A DNA stretch of 64,000 nt from assembly GCA_029245345.1 (NCBI GenBank), contig JAQWPM010000002.1:29284-93283 (forward strand), read 5' to 3'. The notes beneath the pieces were generated by a model. The model ran no database searches. It was not told where the DNA came from and was given only the letters and a program-made list of their open reading frames with translations. The DNA comes from Longimicrobiales bacterium (GTDB lineage: Bacteria > Gemmatimonadota > Gemmatimonadetes > Longimicrobiales > Gaopeijiaceae). How positions within the stretch are numbered: position 1 is the first letter of the stretch; every line of letters begins with the position of its first letter. Of the stretch, positions 35,205 through 45,296 are shown one piece after another. The translations under genes and the position numbers were made by a program.

Positions 35205-38120
35205 ATGACTTTCCGTCACCCGTCACCTCTCTGCGGACGGACGTCGATGCCCCGCGCTATTCACGCTACGGCGGTCACCACAATAGCGCTCGCCCTTTCA
35301 TTGGCAGCCCTGCCGGTGGCGGCTCAGAACACCTCCGGGATGGCATCGCTGGACCCCACCGACCTCAACCACTGGAAGAGTATTCGCTCGGGTCAGTTCA
35401 CACCGGACGGGCGATGGTTCGCCTATCAAGTCACGCCGGCCGAGGGGGATGCGGAGGTGGTCGTGCGGCGCACGAATGGTGGTGCTGAGCACCGCTTTCC
35501 CATTGGCGAACCGAGTGGCGGCGGTGGCACGTTCGCGTTTGCGACCACCGGACCGATCCAGCTTTCGGCGGACGGACACTGGCTGGCCTTCACGACGTTT
35601 CCCACGAAACAGGAGGCAGACGACGCCAATGAGGCGAAGGAGACGCTCCACAACAGCGTCACCATCGTGAATCTGGATACGTGGGAAGAGGACAAGTACG
35701 AGGGTGTAAGCGGATTCGAGTTCGCGAGCGACGCCCCCAGGTGGCTGGTGATGCGCAGGGTCGCCGCGGACGAGGCACCCAAGGATACCGGCTCGGGCCT
35801 CCTGCTGCTGGATCTAGAGACCGGCGTGCCGTCTCCGATTGGGAGTGTCAGCGACTACGACATCAACGAAAGTGGGGAGTTGCTGGCGTATGCCACACAA
35901 GCACCGGACCGGGTGGTGAACGGAATCACGGTCCTGGACCTTCGCACGAACGCAAGCAAGCGCATCGATAGTGAACGCGCGCTTTATTCCCAGCTGTCGT
36001 GGGCGGCTGAGGACGGTCAACAGCCGGCTCTCTCCGTGCTGCGCGGCCACATCAGTGAGGCAGACGACACCACCTACGTGGCTGTGGGGTTCACACGATT
36101 CGAGGGTGACGTGACGGCCACTGTCGTGGACGCCGCGGAGTTGGGTGATTTCCCGGAAGGCATGCGAATCACGCCCGAACGATCACCCCAGTGGTCCGAT
36201 GACCGCTCCGCTCTCTTCTTCGGAATCGTGGAGCACGACGACAGCCCGAACGAGGGCGAACGTCCCGACGTAAAACCCGTGGCGGGTACGCCGGGGGCGA
36301 TGCAGCAGCCAGCGCCGGACCTGGATGAGGACGACTTGCCCAGCCTGGTTCTCTGGCATGGAGACGATTCTCAGCTACAGTCGCGCCAGCAAGTGCAGGA
36401 ACGGGCAGACGAGCGCTTCAATTTTCTCGCGGCTTATCACGTGTCCGATGGTCGCTTCGTGCGACTGGCCACGGAGACTATGCGCAACGTGACGCTTGCC
36501 GCTAACCAGCGGTACGCCGTCGGCTATGACGATACCTCGTACCAACTCCGGGACGGGATCGACGGGGGTCGGCGGCAGGACGTGTATGCCATCGATGTGA
36601 AAAGTGGCGAGGCGCATAGCATTATCCCGGCCTTCCGTTGGGGTCTCTCTCTCTCTCCGGACGGCACAAATGTGCTGTACTACGACGAGGGTGACTACCA
36701 TGTCTACGACTTCGAAAACGGCTCTCACACGAACATCTCAGCTTCGGTTCCGGTGAGCTTCATCAACGTCGCGGACGACCACAATGTCGAGGACCCGCCC
36801 ATCGGCCCAGTGGGCTGGGCGTCTGACTCGGAGAGCGTACTCCTCACCGATGCGTGGGATGTGTGGAAGGTCGACGCGGACGGCGACGACTACAGCAACC
36901 TGACCAAGACAGGCCGCGAGGAGGGTATCCGCTACCGCAGGCCGCTGCGCTACGATCCCGACCAGGACGGCATTGATCTTTCCGAGCCCGTGTACCTGGA
37001 GATGTACGGCGAGCGAACGAAGGAGACCGGCCTGGCCAAGCTGACTTCGAACGGGAGAGAGGTCGAGACGCTGCTCTGGGATGACGTTCAACACACCGTT
37101 CGCAGAGCCGAGAATACCGAGACTTTCGTTTACACTCGGGAGAGCTTCACGGAGTTTCCTGACGTATGGGCGGCCGAAGACTCGTTCGATGATCCCGTAC
37201 GTCTGACGAACGCCAACCCCCAACAGACTGATTACGCGTGGTCTGCCGGGACGCGTCTGGTGGATTTCGTCACTGACATGGGCGACTCCCTACAGGCCGC
37301 GCTTTACCTGCCGGCCGGGTACCAGGAAGGGGAGAAGTACCCGACGATGGTGTACATCTACGAAAAGCTGTCGCAGAACATGAACCGGTACGTAGTGCCC
37401 AACGAGACGCGTGCCTTCAACATCAGCGTCTACACCAGCAGGGGGTACGCAGTGCTCACCCCCGACATCGTGTACAAGATCAACGATCCGGGGATGTCCG
37501 CCGTTTGGGCCGTTGTGCCGGCCGTACAGGCTGCGGTGGAAACGGGCATCGTGGACGCCGACAGGGTCGGGCTGCACGGTCACTCGTGGGGCGGCTACCA
37601 GACGGCCCAACTGGTTACGCAGACCGACATCTTCGCGAGCGCGATCGCTGGGGCCGCGCTCACCGACATGGTGAGCATGTACAACTCCGTCTACTGGAAC
37701 TCGGGGAACTCGAACGCGGGGATCTTCGAATCCAGCCAAGGCAGGTTCAGGGGCAGCTATCTGGACAACCACGAGGCCTACCTCCGTAACTCCCCGGCCT
37801 TCCACGTGAAGAACGTCACCACGCCCTTGGTACTGCTGCACAATGAGAAGGACGGGGCCGTGGACTTCAACCAGGGCATCACCTTCTACAATTCGCTGCG
37901 GGAGCAGGACAAGGACGTCGTGTTACTGCAGTACGTCGGGGAGAACCATGGACTCCGCAACCCCGTCAATCAGCGCGACTACACCGTGCGGATGATGGAG
38001 TTTTTCGACCACTACCTGCGCGATATGCCCGCCCCTGACTGGTGGGTGAACGGCGTGCCCCGACTCGAGATGGAGCAACATCTGAAGGATCGGCAGAAGA
38101 AGCCGAAGGTGATCTCATAA
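35205..38120 (+). CDS. Secreted S9-family serine peptidase (prolyl oligopeptidase / acylaminoacyl-peptidase-like) with N-terminal beta-propeller region
   Basis: Signal peptide ..ALALSLAALPVAAQ, a long propeller-like N-terminal half, and a C-terminal alpha/beta hydrolase domain with the nucleophile motif GLHGHSWGGYQ, then DGAVD and ENHG. GAGG lies 9 nt before ATG 35205. Confidence 0.85.
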   Translation: MTFRHPSPLCGRTSMPRAIHATAVTTIALALSLAALPVAAQNTSGMASLDPTDLNHWKSIRSGQFTPDGRWFAYQVTPAEGDAEVVVRRTNGGAEHRFPIGEPSGGGGTFAFATTGPIQLSADGHWLAFTTFPTKQEADDANEAKETLHNSVTIVNLDTWEEDKYEGVSGFEFASDAPRWLVMRRVAADEAPKDTGSGLLLLDLETGVPSPIGSVSDYDINESGELLAYATQAPDRVVNGITVLDLRTNASKRIDSERALYSQLSWAAEDGQQPALSVLRGHISEADDTTYVAVGFTRFEGDVTATVVDAAELGDFPEGMRITPERSPQWSDDRSALFFGIVEHDDSPNEGERPDVKPVAGTPGAMQQPAPDLDEDDLPSLVLWHGDDSQLQSRQQVQERADERFNFLAAYHVSDGRFVRLATETMRNVTLAANQRYAVGYDDTSYQLRDGIDGGRRQDVYAIDVKSGEAHSIIPAFRWGLSLSPDGTNVLYYDEGDYHVYDFENGSHTNISASVPVSFINVADDHNVEDPPIGPVGWASDSESVLLTDAWDVWKVDADGDDYSNLTKTGREEGIRYRRPLRYDPDQDGIDLSEPVYLEMYGERTKETGLAKLTSNGREVETLLWDDVQHTVRRAENTETFVYTRESFTEFPDVWAAEDSFDDPVRLTNANPQQTDYAWSAGTRLVDFVTDMGDSLQAALYLPAGYQEGEKYPTMVYIYEKLSQNMNRYVVPNETRAFNISVYTSRGYAVLTPDIVYKINDPGMSAVWAVVPAVQAAVETGIVDADRVGLHGHSWGGYQTAQLVTQTDIFASAIAGAALTDMVSMYNSVYWNSGNSNAGIFESSQGRFRGSYLDNHEAYLRNSPAFHVKNVTTPLVLLHNEKDGAVDFNQGITFYNSLREQDKDVVLLQYVGENHGLRNPVNQRDYTVRMMEFFDHYLRDMPAPDWWVNGVPRLEMEQHLKDRQKKPKVIS
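36644..36657 (+). repeat. (TC)7 dinucleotide repeat inside the S9 peptidase CDS
   Basis: tctctctctctctc read directly; it encodes part of WGLSLSPDG. Confidence 0.95.
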
Positions 38121-38353
38121 CGGAGTAAGTGCGCATTAGGTAGGCCGCGTGCATCAAAGACTCCGTTCGGTCGGGTTGAGGGATCGTCAATCAAAGTCGT
38201 GAGCGCACCCCGGGGTCACTGCGCACCGCTGCCACATGTGGCCTTGCGCCTACTACAAACCGGGCGCGCCCAATCTTCGCACGCCTTTCCCGGAGCCTGT
38301 AGCCCGGCCGGTGCCGTATGGGTAGAGTCAGGAGTCCCCAGAAACCAAGAACG

Positions 38354-38833
38354 ATGCGGACTATGAAGCTTTCTAATGCCGTGGCCCTTACAGCACTCCT
38401 GACGCTCATGAGCTGTGGTGGCGCGCCGCGGGGCCCGTTGCCGCCCGCAGATCCGGCCATGCTGACCTTTGCCCCCGAGTTAGACATTGATCTGGCCGAG
38501 TTCGAGAAGACCTCGTCCGGCTTGTATATCAAAGAACTTTCTCCGGGCACCGGCGCTCGGGCCAATCAGACGAGCCGGGTCTGGATCTATTATGTGGGTT
38601 GGCTGCCGGACGGCACCGTGTTCGATGGCGCACTCCAGGGAGACCCGTTCCATTTCCGGTTGGGGGAAGGAGAGGTCATCCGTGGTTGGAACGAAGGGAT
38701 CGCCGGAATGAGGATCGGAGGTCGGCGCAAACTCGTCGTCCGCCCGGGCCTAGCGTATGGCTCACGGCGCAGAGGTGATGTTCCGCCGGGGGCGACGCTC
38801 GTCTTCGAGGTGCAGCTTGTAGATGTGAACTAG
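38354..38833 (+). CDS. FKBP-type peptidyl-prolyl cis-trans isomerase, lipoprotein
   Basis: Lipobox LTLMSCGG and an FKBP domain (YVGWLPDGTVFD..FHFRLGEGEVIRGWNEGIAGMRIGGRRKLV.P..AYG). The start is uncertain (38318, 38354 or 38363). Confidence 0.85.
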   Translation: MRTMKLSNAVALTALLTLMSCGGAPRGPLPPADPAMLTFAPELDIDLAEFEKTSSGLYIKELSPGTGARANQTSRVWIYYVGWLPDGTVFDGALQGDPFHFRLGEGEVIRGWNEGIAGMRIGGRRKLVVRPGLAYGSRRRGDVPPGATLVFEVQLVDVN

Positions 38834-38913
38834 GAAACCTCTCACTCTCTAGGGCGTATTTGGCTGCTGTCACGACGAACCGTTGTTCCTATATTCCAGG
38901 GCGATCCATTCTC

Positions 38914-39381
38914 ATGCTGTCTAATCGATTCAATTCAGCCCGCTTCGGCGGGATTCTCGCTGCCACACTCCTTCTCGGAGCGTGCGGCGATGATGGAGTC
39001 TCTGTGGAAGTTATTGAGGACACCGAATTCGCGGCATCGTTGGAGATCGACCTCGCATCGATGACCAAGACCGCGAGCGGTCTGTACATCGCTCAGGTAA
39101 TAGAGGGTATCGGGGACGCGATTACCGCTGGTGAGAAGGCCACGGTCTCATACGCCGGCTTCCTCTCTAACGGGTCGTCATTCGACCAGGGCCAGTTCCA
39201 GTTTACGCTCGGTGTGGGCCAGGTAGTGGCCGGCTTCGACGAAGGTGTCTTGGGAATGCGTGTCGGAGGGGTTCGTCTGATTGTGATCCCGCCGGCGCTC
39301 GGATATGGTGACGCAGGCCAGGGTCCCGTCCCTGCGGGGGCCGTCATGGTGTTCCGTATTGAGTTGCTGTCGATCAGCTAG
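38914..39381 (+). CDS. FKBP-type peptidyl-prolyl cis-trans isomerase, lipoprotein (tandem paralog)
   Basis: Lipobox LLLGACGD and an FKBP domain (YAGFLSNGSSFD..FQFTLGVGQVVAGFDEGVLGMRVGGVRLIVIPPALGYG). Confidence 0.85.
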   Translation: MLSNRFNSARFGGILAATLLLGACGDDGVSVEVIEDTEFAASLEIDLASMTKTASGLYIAQVIEGIGDAITAGEKATVSYAGFLSNGSSFDQGQFQFTLGVGQVVAGFDEGVLGMRVGGVRLIVIPPALGYGDAGQGPVPAGAVMVFRIELLSIS

Positions 39382-39563
39382 GGTCCTGTTCTACTTCCGG
39401 GGAAGATCGCCCGCGAAGTTCCCTGCTGTATCAATTCACTCGGACAGGTTGGCGTCGTTCTCGACGCCCTCCATGCCTACGTAGACCATGCCCTTCAGCG
39501 CACGCCCGGTGAAGTCCATTTCCCGGGCGTGCGGTCAGGTCAATGTCTTGTCGTATGCCCCGA

Positions 39564-40118
39564 TTACATCTTTGGTAGCGTGACGCCGACCTGATTCATG
39601 TACTTGCCTTGGCGGTCCGCATATGCCGTTTCCGGCTCCTCGTTGCCCTCGAAGAAGATGAGCTGTGCGATGCCTTCACCACCGTAGACCTTCGCCGGCA
39701 AGGGAGTCGTGTTCGAAATCTCGAGCGTAAGATATCCCTCCCACGTCGGCTCGAGCGGCGTCACGTTCACAATCAAGCCACAGCGAGCATACGTCGATTT
39801 TCCTACGCAAATGACGAGCACGTTGCGCGGGATGCGGAAGTACTCCTCGGTTCTTGCGAGCGCGAAGGAGTTCGGGGGAATGATGCATTCCGGTCCTACG
39901 ATGTCGACGAACGAGCGGTCATCGAAGTTCTTTGGATCGACCAAGGAGTTGTGGACGTTCGTGAAGACCTTGAACTCGGGTGAGACTCGGATGTCGTACC
40001 CGTACGAAGACACGCCGTACGAGATCTTTCCATCCCGAACTTGACCGGTCTCGAAGGGTTCGATCATCCTGTGCTCTTCACACATTTTACGGATCCACTT
40101 GTCGCTCATGACGGACAT
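39564..40118 (-). CDS. dcd: dCTP deaminase
   Basis: [12 protein letters not shown].., [14 protein letters not shown] and [17 protein letters not shown] motifs; 184 aa. Confidence 0.92.
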   Translation of the reverse strand: MSVMSDKWIRKMCEEHRMIEPFETGQVRDGKISYGVSSYGYDIRVSPEFKVFTNVHNSLVDPKNFDDRSFVDIVGPECIIPPNSFALARTEEYFRIPRNVLVICVGKSTYARCGLIVNVTPLEPTWEGYLTLEISNTTPLPAKVYGGEGIAQLIFFEGNEEPETAYADRQGKYMNQVGVTLPKM

Positions 40119-40266
40119 CGAGATCTCTGCTTCGCTTGGGGGTTCAGGGGTCGGCCGAATGAGCCGATCCTAGTGCTATCTAGGCGTAATGAGGCGCCCA
40201 AGATAGATGGGTCGCCCGAGGTCGTGCAAACCAGTGAAAAATAATGAAAAACTGGGATTCGTCTGG

Positions 40267-40296
40267 TTGACACTTGAGCGGCGCGCTGGGTACCTT
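40267..40296 (+). promoter_or_regulatory. Candidate sigma70-type promoter of the nuo operon
   Basis: TTGACA (40267-40272), an 18-nt spacer, then TACCTT (40291-40296). An A-rich tract (GTGAAAAATAATGAAAAACTGG, 40233-40254) lies upstream, and the site is ~45 nt before the nuoA ATG. Confidence 0.3.
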
Positions 40297-40338
40297 TTCG
40301 CGTCCGTTAGTGAACTATTTCACAAACCCCGCGGCGCC

Positions 40339-40695
40339 ATGTCGGGAGCCTATCTCCCCCTGCTTTTACTCTTCGGCGTTTCCATCCTCAATGCCATTGG
40401 GATGGTCGTCTCGAGTCACATTCTCAACCCGCGCCGCGATACGCCTCAGAAGCTCATGCCTTATGAGTCCGGCATGATCCCTCTTGGGAGTACGCGGGCC
40501 CGCTTCTCTGTGAAGTTCTACATGGTAGCGATCAGCTTTATCGTCTTCGATTTGGAGACGATTTTTCTGATCCCATGGGCGGTCCGAATGCGCGAATTGG
40601 GGTGGGGGCCGTTCCTTGCGATGAGCATCTTCGTCGTAGTTCTGGCCGTGGGTCTTTTATATGAATGGAAGAAGGGAGGTCTCGAATGGGACTAA
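40339..40695 (+). CDS. nuoA: NADH-quinone oxidoreductase subunit A
   Basis: 118 aa from ATG 40339 with three hydrophobic helices and the [13 protein letters not shown] and EWKKGGLEW blocks. Confidence 0.9.
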   Translation: MSGAYLPLLLLFGVSILNAIGMVVSSHILNPRRDTPQKLMPYESGMIPLGSTRARFSVKFYMVAISFIVFDLETIFLIPWAVRMRELGWGPFLAMSIFVVVLAVGLLYEWKKGGLEWD

Positions 40696-41372
40696 AAGAC
40701 GTACTGCCGGGCAGCGGTCCCTCGGCTACCTCCGGTGGCATCTTTGGCGCCGGGAGCCCGACCTTCCTGACCAGTAAGGTCGATTGGATCATCAACTGGG
40801 GCCGGAGGAACTCTCTTTGGCCCATGCCCTTCGGCACCGCATGTTGCGCTATTGAGATGATGGCGTCTGCCGCGTCGAACTACGATCTCGCCCGCTTCGG
40901 CATGGAACGCATGTCGTTCAGCCCGCGTCAGGCGGATGTGTTGATCTGCGCTGGACGTGTGCCGTACAAGCTGGCTCCGGTGCTGCGGCGTATCTGGGAT
41001 CAGATGCCCCAGCCCAAGTGGTGCATTTCCATGGGAGCGTGCGCGAGTTCGGGTGGCGTCTTCGACGTGTACTCGATGGTGCAGGGGATCGACACCATAA
41101 TTCCGGTGGATGTCTACATCCCTGGGTGCCCACCGCGCCCAGAAGGCCTCATCTATGGCCTCATGATGATCCAAGAGAAGATCCGTCAGGAGTCGTTGAC
41201 CAAACACTTCGAGCACAGGGCAGAGGATCCAGCCCTGGTTGCGCTGCCGCGTGCGAGTGATCTCGAGGTCGTAGGCCTGACCGGCCCTTTCGGAAATTCT
41301 ACCCAGCAGGAGCAACTCACCGGTGGCGTGGCGGTGCGCGCGGAATCCCCCTCAGACGACCTGCTCTCTTAG
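40686..41372 (+). CDS. nuoB: NADH-quinone oxidoreductase subunit B
   Basis: N2 cluster ligand blocks [18 protein letters not shown] and IPGCPP. The start overlaps the nuoA end. Confidence 0.92.
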   Translation: MGLKDVLPGSGPSATSGGIFGAGSPTFLTSKVDWIINWGRRNSLWPMPFGTACCAIEMMASAASNYDLARFGMERMSFSPRQADVLICAGRVPYKLAPVLRRIWDQMPQPKWCISMGACASSGGVFDVYSMVQGIDTIIPVDVYIPGCPPRPEGLIYGLMMIQEKIRQESLTKHFEHRAEDPALVALPRASDLEVVGLTGPFGNSTQQEQLTGGVAVRAESPSDDLLS

Positions 41373-42074
41373 ATGACTGACGAAAAGAAGAGTGGGCTCG
41401 ACGCGATCGACGAGGGCCCAACTGCCTCCGATGCCGCGACGCCTACCGGAGGCGGTACCGCAGGTGACCCTGCGGATCACGCGTCTGTCCAAGGACTCAT
41501 GGCTCAGTTCAGCGATGCAGTCATGCGGCATCGTGTGAACGCTGGAGACCAGCATGTGGTATGGATCGACGCGGCGCGGTCGCATGAGATGCTGACCTGG
41601 CTCCGAGACGATCCGGACCAGCTCTATGACATGATGTCTGACGTCACGGGCCTTGATTACGGCAGTGGACGGCCGGTTGAGGTGGTCTACCAGATGTACT
41701 CGACAACGCACAAGCACATACTCCGGCTCCGATGCGAGCTTCCGCTCGATGCTCTAGAGATCGATTCGGTCTGCGACCTGTGGAAGAGCGCGAATTGGCT
41801 CGAGCGGGAGGTGTACGATCTCTTCGGGGTCACGTTCAAGGGCCACCCGGACCTTCGCCGGATCTTGATGCCGGACGACTACGCTGAAGGGCACCCGCTT
41901 CGGAAGGACTTCCCTCTTCGGGGTCGCTTCTCCCGCGCGGAGCAAACCCGCCGCGCGCTCAACCAGGAAGTGGAGCGCTACTATCTGGCCGAGGACCTGG
42001 ACACTGGACTCGTCCCCCAGGAAGCCCCAACCGCCGAAATCAGACCGTTTGAAGACGCCGGAGGTGATCTCTGA
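41373..42074 (+). CDS. nuoC: NADH-quinone oxidoreductase subunit C
   Basis: ANWLEREVYDLFGVTFKGHPDLRRILMPDDYAEGHPLRKDFPL signature. Confidence 0.9.
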   Translation: MTDEKKSGLDAIDEGPTASDAATPTGGGTAGDPADHASVQGLMAQFSDAVMRHRVNAGDQHVVWIDAARSHEMLTWLRDDPDQLYDMMSDVTGLDYGSGRPVEVVYQMYSTTHKHILRLRCELPLDALEIDSVCDLWKSANWLEREVYDLFGVTFKGHPDLRRILMPDDYAEGHPLRKDFPLRGRFSRAEQTRRALNQEVERYYLAEDLDTGLVPQEAPTAEIRPFEDAGGDL

Positions 42075-43351
42075 TGTCGCAGAAGACGCTCGAGATCAAT
42101 GTGGGTCGCCAGGAGATGGGTGCAGATGGGTTGCCCGTCCCTTCGCCGATCGCACCGTTTGACATCCCGGAGCCGGACATCGGCACCGAGCACATGCTCA
42201 TCAACATCGGGCCGCAGCACCCCGCGACACACGGCGTGCTCCGGCTTGTTTGTGAGCTCGATGGTGAGACCGTCAAGAAGGTCGTGCCACATATTGGCTA
42301 CCTGCACTCGTCTTTCGAGAAGCTCGGCGAGTACCGGACTTGGAATCAGATCGTTCCGCTGACCGACCGCATGGACTACCTGGCGCCGTTGATCTACAAC
42401 TGCGCGTACGTCATGTCGGTCGAAAAGCTGATGGGCATCGAGGTCACGGAGCGCTGCAAGGTGGTCCGCGTAATCCTCATGGAGTTGGACCGAATCTTCG
42501 GCCACCTCCTCTGGCTCGGGACGACGGCGATCGACGTGGGTGCCTTCACCCCCTTCCTATACTCGTTCCAGGAACGTGAGCGCATCTACAAGATGCATGA
42601 GTCGCTCACGGGTGCGCGCATCACGACGTCCGCGACACGCGTTGGCGGTATGATGGCCGACCTGCCGGAAGGCTGGATCGATCAACTGAAGCACTTCCTG
42701 GACACCTTCCCCGACACGCTGGCCGAAGTGCATCACCTCCTGACGGGGAACCTGATCCACATCGGCCGGACGCAGGGCATTGGCGCGATCAGTGCTGCCG
42801 ACGCGATTAACTACGGATTTACCGGCCCGAACCTGCGGGCTTCCGGCGTCGACTATGACCTCCGCAAGGACCGTCCGTATTACGACTACGAGACGTACGA
42901 CTTTGAGGTCCCGGTCGGTGAACATGGCGACTGTTACGATCGCTATCTGTGCCGTATGGAAGAGATGAAACAGAGTGTCTCGCTTCTCCGCCAGGCGATC
43001 GATCGTCTCCCTGGTGGGCCGATCAACGTTGAAGACCCGAATATCTCACTGCCCTCCAAGACCGACGCAATGTCGGATATGGAGAGCATGATCCACCACT
43101 TCAAGCTCATCACCGATGGCATTCCCGCTCCTGAGGGTGACTGCTACCTGGGCATCGAGGCGTCCAAGGGCGAACTCGGCATGTACCTCGTCGCTGAAGA
43201 GGGGAGCACGAAGCCGATCCGCTGGCGTGTGCGCCCGCCGTCGTTCGTCAACCTGTCGGTGATCCCGAAACTCGCCGAGGGCCACTTGGTGTCGGACCTG
43301 ATCATGATCAACGCCAGCCTGGACATCGTTCTCGGGGAGATCGACCGATGA
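42074..43351 (+). CDS. nuoD: NADH-quinone oxidoreductase subunit D
   Basis: NIGPQHPATHGVLRL, DRMDYL and LVSDLIMINASLDIVLGEIDR blocks. Confidence 0.93.
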   Translation: MSQKTLEINVGRQEMGADGLPVPSPIAPFDIPEPDIGTEHMLINIGPQHPATHGVLRLVCELDGETVKKVVPHIGYLHSSFEKLGEYRTWNQIVPLTDRMDYLAPLIYNCAYVMSVEKLMGIEVTERCKVVRVILMELDRIFGHLLWLGTTAIDVGAFTPFLYSFQERERIYKMHESLTGARITTSATRVGGMMADLPEGWIDQLKHFLDTFPDTLAEVHHLLTGNLIHIGRTQGIGAISAADAINYGFTGPNLRASGVDYDLRKDRPYYDYETYDFEVPVGEHGDCYDRYLCRMEEMKQSVSLLRQAIDRLPGGPINVEDPNISLPSKTDAMSDMESMIHHFKLITDGIPAPEGDCYLGIEASKGELGMYLVAEEGSTKPIRWRVRPPSFVNLSVIPKLAEGHLVSDLIMINASLDIVLGEIDR

Positions 43352-44004
43352 GTGACGTACCATTCAAAAACCTCGGTTGGGCCGGTAACACGGGAGAGTT
43401 TGATCTCTCGGAAGAGGAGGTCCGGGGCGACGACTTCGTCGGAGATCGCCCAGCACACGGTGGCCACGCTTCAGGGTCGGCCACGATGCCTTACATGCTC
43501 GCGGAAAAGAATCCGGAAGCGACGCTTTTCGAAGGTGAATACCAGGAGCGCTTCGAGAAGATTCTGACGCGGTACCCGGACAAACAGGCAGCCTTGCTCC
43601 CGACGCTGTCCTTGGCTCAGGAGCTTCGTGGATATGTGAGCCCGGAGTCGATGGATCGGGTGGCCGAGTTGCTTGAGCTGTCTCCGGCTTACGTCCGTGG
43701 CGTGACGACGTTCTACACCATGTACAACAAGCGCCCCGTGGGTCGGCACTTGGTGCAGGTCTGCACGAACATCTCGTGCAACCTGTGCGGCGCCGACGAA
43801 GTTCTGGATGCGTTTCTTAAATACACGGACACGGAACTCGGTGAGACGTCGGAGGACGGAGGTTTCACGATAATCGAGGCCGAGTGTCTCGCGGGGTGCG
43901 GATTCCCGACCTGCGTGCAGATCAACTCTCGTTACTTCGAAAATGTGACACCTACCGAGGTGCCTAAGATTCTCGAGCACTTGAAGTCCGAGGGGGACAG
44001 CTAA
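43348..44004 (+). CDS. nuoE: NADH-quinone oxidoreductase subunit E (2Fe-2S), with N-terminal extension
   Basis: Cluster ligands in VCTNISCNLCG and EAECLAGCGFPTCVQIN, preceded by the block ALLPTLSLAQE. Confidence 0.9.
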   Translation: MSDVPFKNLGWAGNTGEFDLSEEEVRGDDFVGDRPAHGGHASGSATMPYMLAEKNPEATLFEGEYQERFEKILTRYPDKQAALLPTLSLAQELRGYVSPESMDRVAELLELSPAYVRGVTTFYTMYNKRPVGRHLVQVCTNISCNLCGADEVLDAFLKYTDTELGETSEDGGFTIIEAECLAGCGFPTCVQINSRYFENVTPTEVPKILEHLKSEGDS

Positions 44005-45296
44005 TGGCTTATCCCTACGTGTCGGATAAAGAAGTCCGTATCCTCAGCACATACTTCGGTGACCCGAAGCAGCGCCATCTCGACACCTACGTGGAGCGAG
44101 GCGGCTACAAGGGGCTGGAGAAGGCACTAGGCATGGGTGCCGACGAGGTGGTGGACATCGTGAAGGACTCAGGACTCAGAGGGCGTGGAGGGGCAGGATT
44201 TCCGACTGGCCTGAAGTGGTCCTTCATGCCGAAAGACTCGAGTCGGCCGCACTACTTGCTGTGCAACGCGGACGAGTCCGAGCCAGGCACCTTCAAGGAC
44301 CGCGAGCTCATCCGCTGGGACCCGCATCAGTTGATCGAAGGGTGCCTGATCGGGGCGCACGCGATTCGCGCCCAGCACGTCTATATATACTGCCGTGGTG
44401 AGTTTTTTGAGACGACGCAGGTCTTGGCCCGCGCGTTGGAAGACGCCTACGCCAAGGGCTACGTGGGGGAGAACATCCTAGGCACGGGCCACACGATTGA
44501 AGTCACTGTGCACGCCGGAGCAGGCGCGTATATCTGTGGTGAAGAAACCGGTCTGATGAACTCGCTCGAGGGCAAGCGCGGGGAGCCGAGGGTCAAGCCT
44601 CCGTTTCCCGCAGCCGTTGGCGCTTTCGGTATGCCTTCGACCATCAACAACGTCGAAACGCTGTGCGCCATTCCCCACATCGTCACCAATGGTGGCGAGT
44701 GGTATAGGCAGTACGGCACGGAGAAGAGCCCGGGCACGAAGCTTTTCTGCGTCAGTGGACATGTGAACAAGCCGGGGAACTACGAGCTGCCACTCGGTTT
44801 CCCGCTTCAGGAATTGATCGATGACGTGTGTGGCGGGATGCGTGACGGAAACGCGCTCAAGGCGGTGATCCCCGGAGGCTCATCCGTCCCGCTCATCAAC
44901 GCGGAGGAGGTCTCTCGGTGTACGCTCGACTACGAGGGCTGTGTCGAGGTGGGCACCATGCTCGGTTGCGCCTCAGTCATCGTCATGGACGAGACTGCCG
45001 ACATCGTGAAGCAGGTGCGCCGCATGGTCGACTTCTACGCACATGAGTCGTGCGGGCAGTGCACGCCTTGCCGAGAGGGCTCAGCGTGGACGGCGAAGAT
45101 CATGCGACGGATCGAGAACGGTAAGGGAACCGAGGAGGACCTCGACATGCTCATGGACGTGACGCAGAAGATGGTCGGTACGACGATCTGTGTGCTGTCG
45201 GACTCCGTGGCCGCTCCGGTCCAATCTTCGATCGAAAAATTCCGAGATGAATACCTCGCGCGCATTCGGCGTGGCGAACGAGTGGGGGCGGCCTGA
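44004..45296 (+). CDS. nuoF: NADH-quinone oxidoreductase subunit F (FMN/NADH-binding)
   Basis: GLRGRGGAGFPTGLKW, CNADESEPGTFKDR and ESCGQCTPCREG. Confidence 0.93.
   Translation: MAYPYVSDKEVRILSTYFGDPKQRHLDTYVERGGYKGLEKALGMGADEVVDIVKDSGLRGRGGAGFPTGLKWSFMPKDSSRPHYLLCNADESEPGTFKDRELIRWDPHQLIEGCLIGAHAIRAQHVYIYCRGEFFETTQVLARALEDAYAKGYVGENILGTGHTIEVTVHAGAGAYICGEETGLMNSLEGKRGEPRVKPPFPAAVGAFGMPSTINNVETLCAIPHIVTNGGEWYRQYGTEKSPGTKLFCVSGHVNKPGNYELPLGFPLQELIDDVCGGMRDGNALKAVIPGGSSVPLINAEEVSRCTLDYEGCVEVGTMLGCASVIVMDETADIVKQVRRMVDFYAHESCGQCTPCREGSAWTAKIMRRIENGKGTEEDLDMLMDVTQKMVGTTICVLSDSVAAPVQSSIEKFRDEYLARIRRGERVGAA

Noticed and set aside
39436-39519. 27-codon minus-strand ORF (MDFTGRALKGMVYVGMEGVENDANLSE) with G/C-ending codons between dcd and the second FKBP gene
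   Set aside because: The stretch is made of two GC-rich hairpins: CACGCCCGG/CCGGGCGTG at 39501-39531 and GGCGTCG/CGACGCC at 39451-39468. These are better explained as terminators of the convergent genes, and the start codon sits in a hairpin loop.
39533-39541. GGTCAGGTC, reminiscent of the SRP (4.5S) RNA conserved helix
   Set aside because: The obligatory following CGGAAGGAAGCAGCC-type sequence and the complementary strand of the helix are absent.
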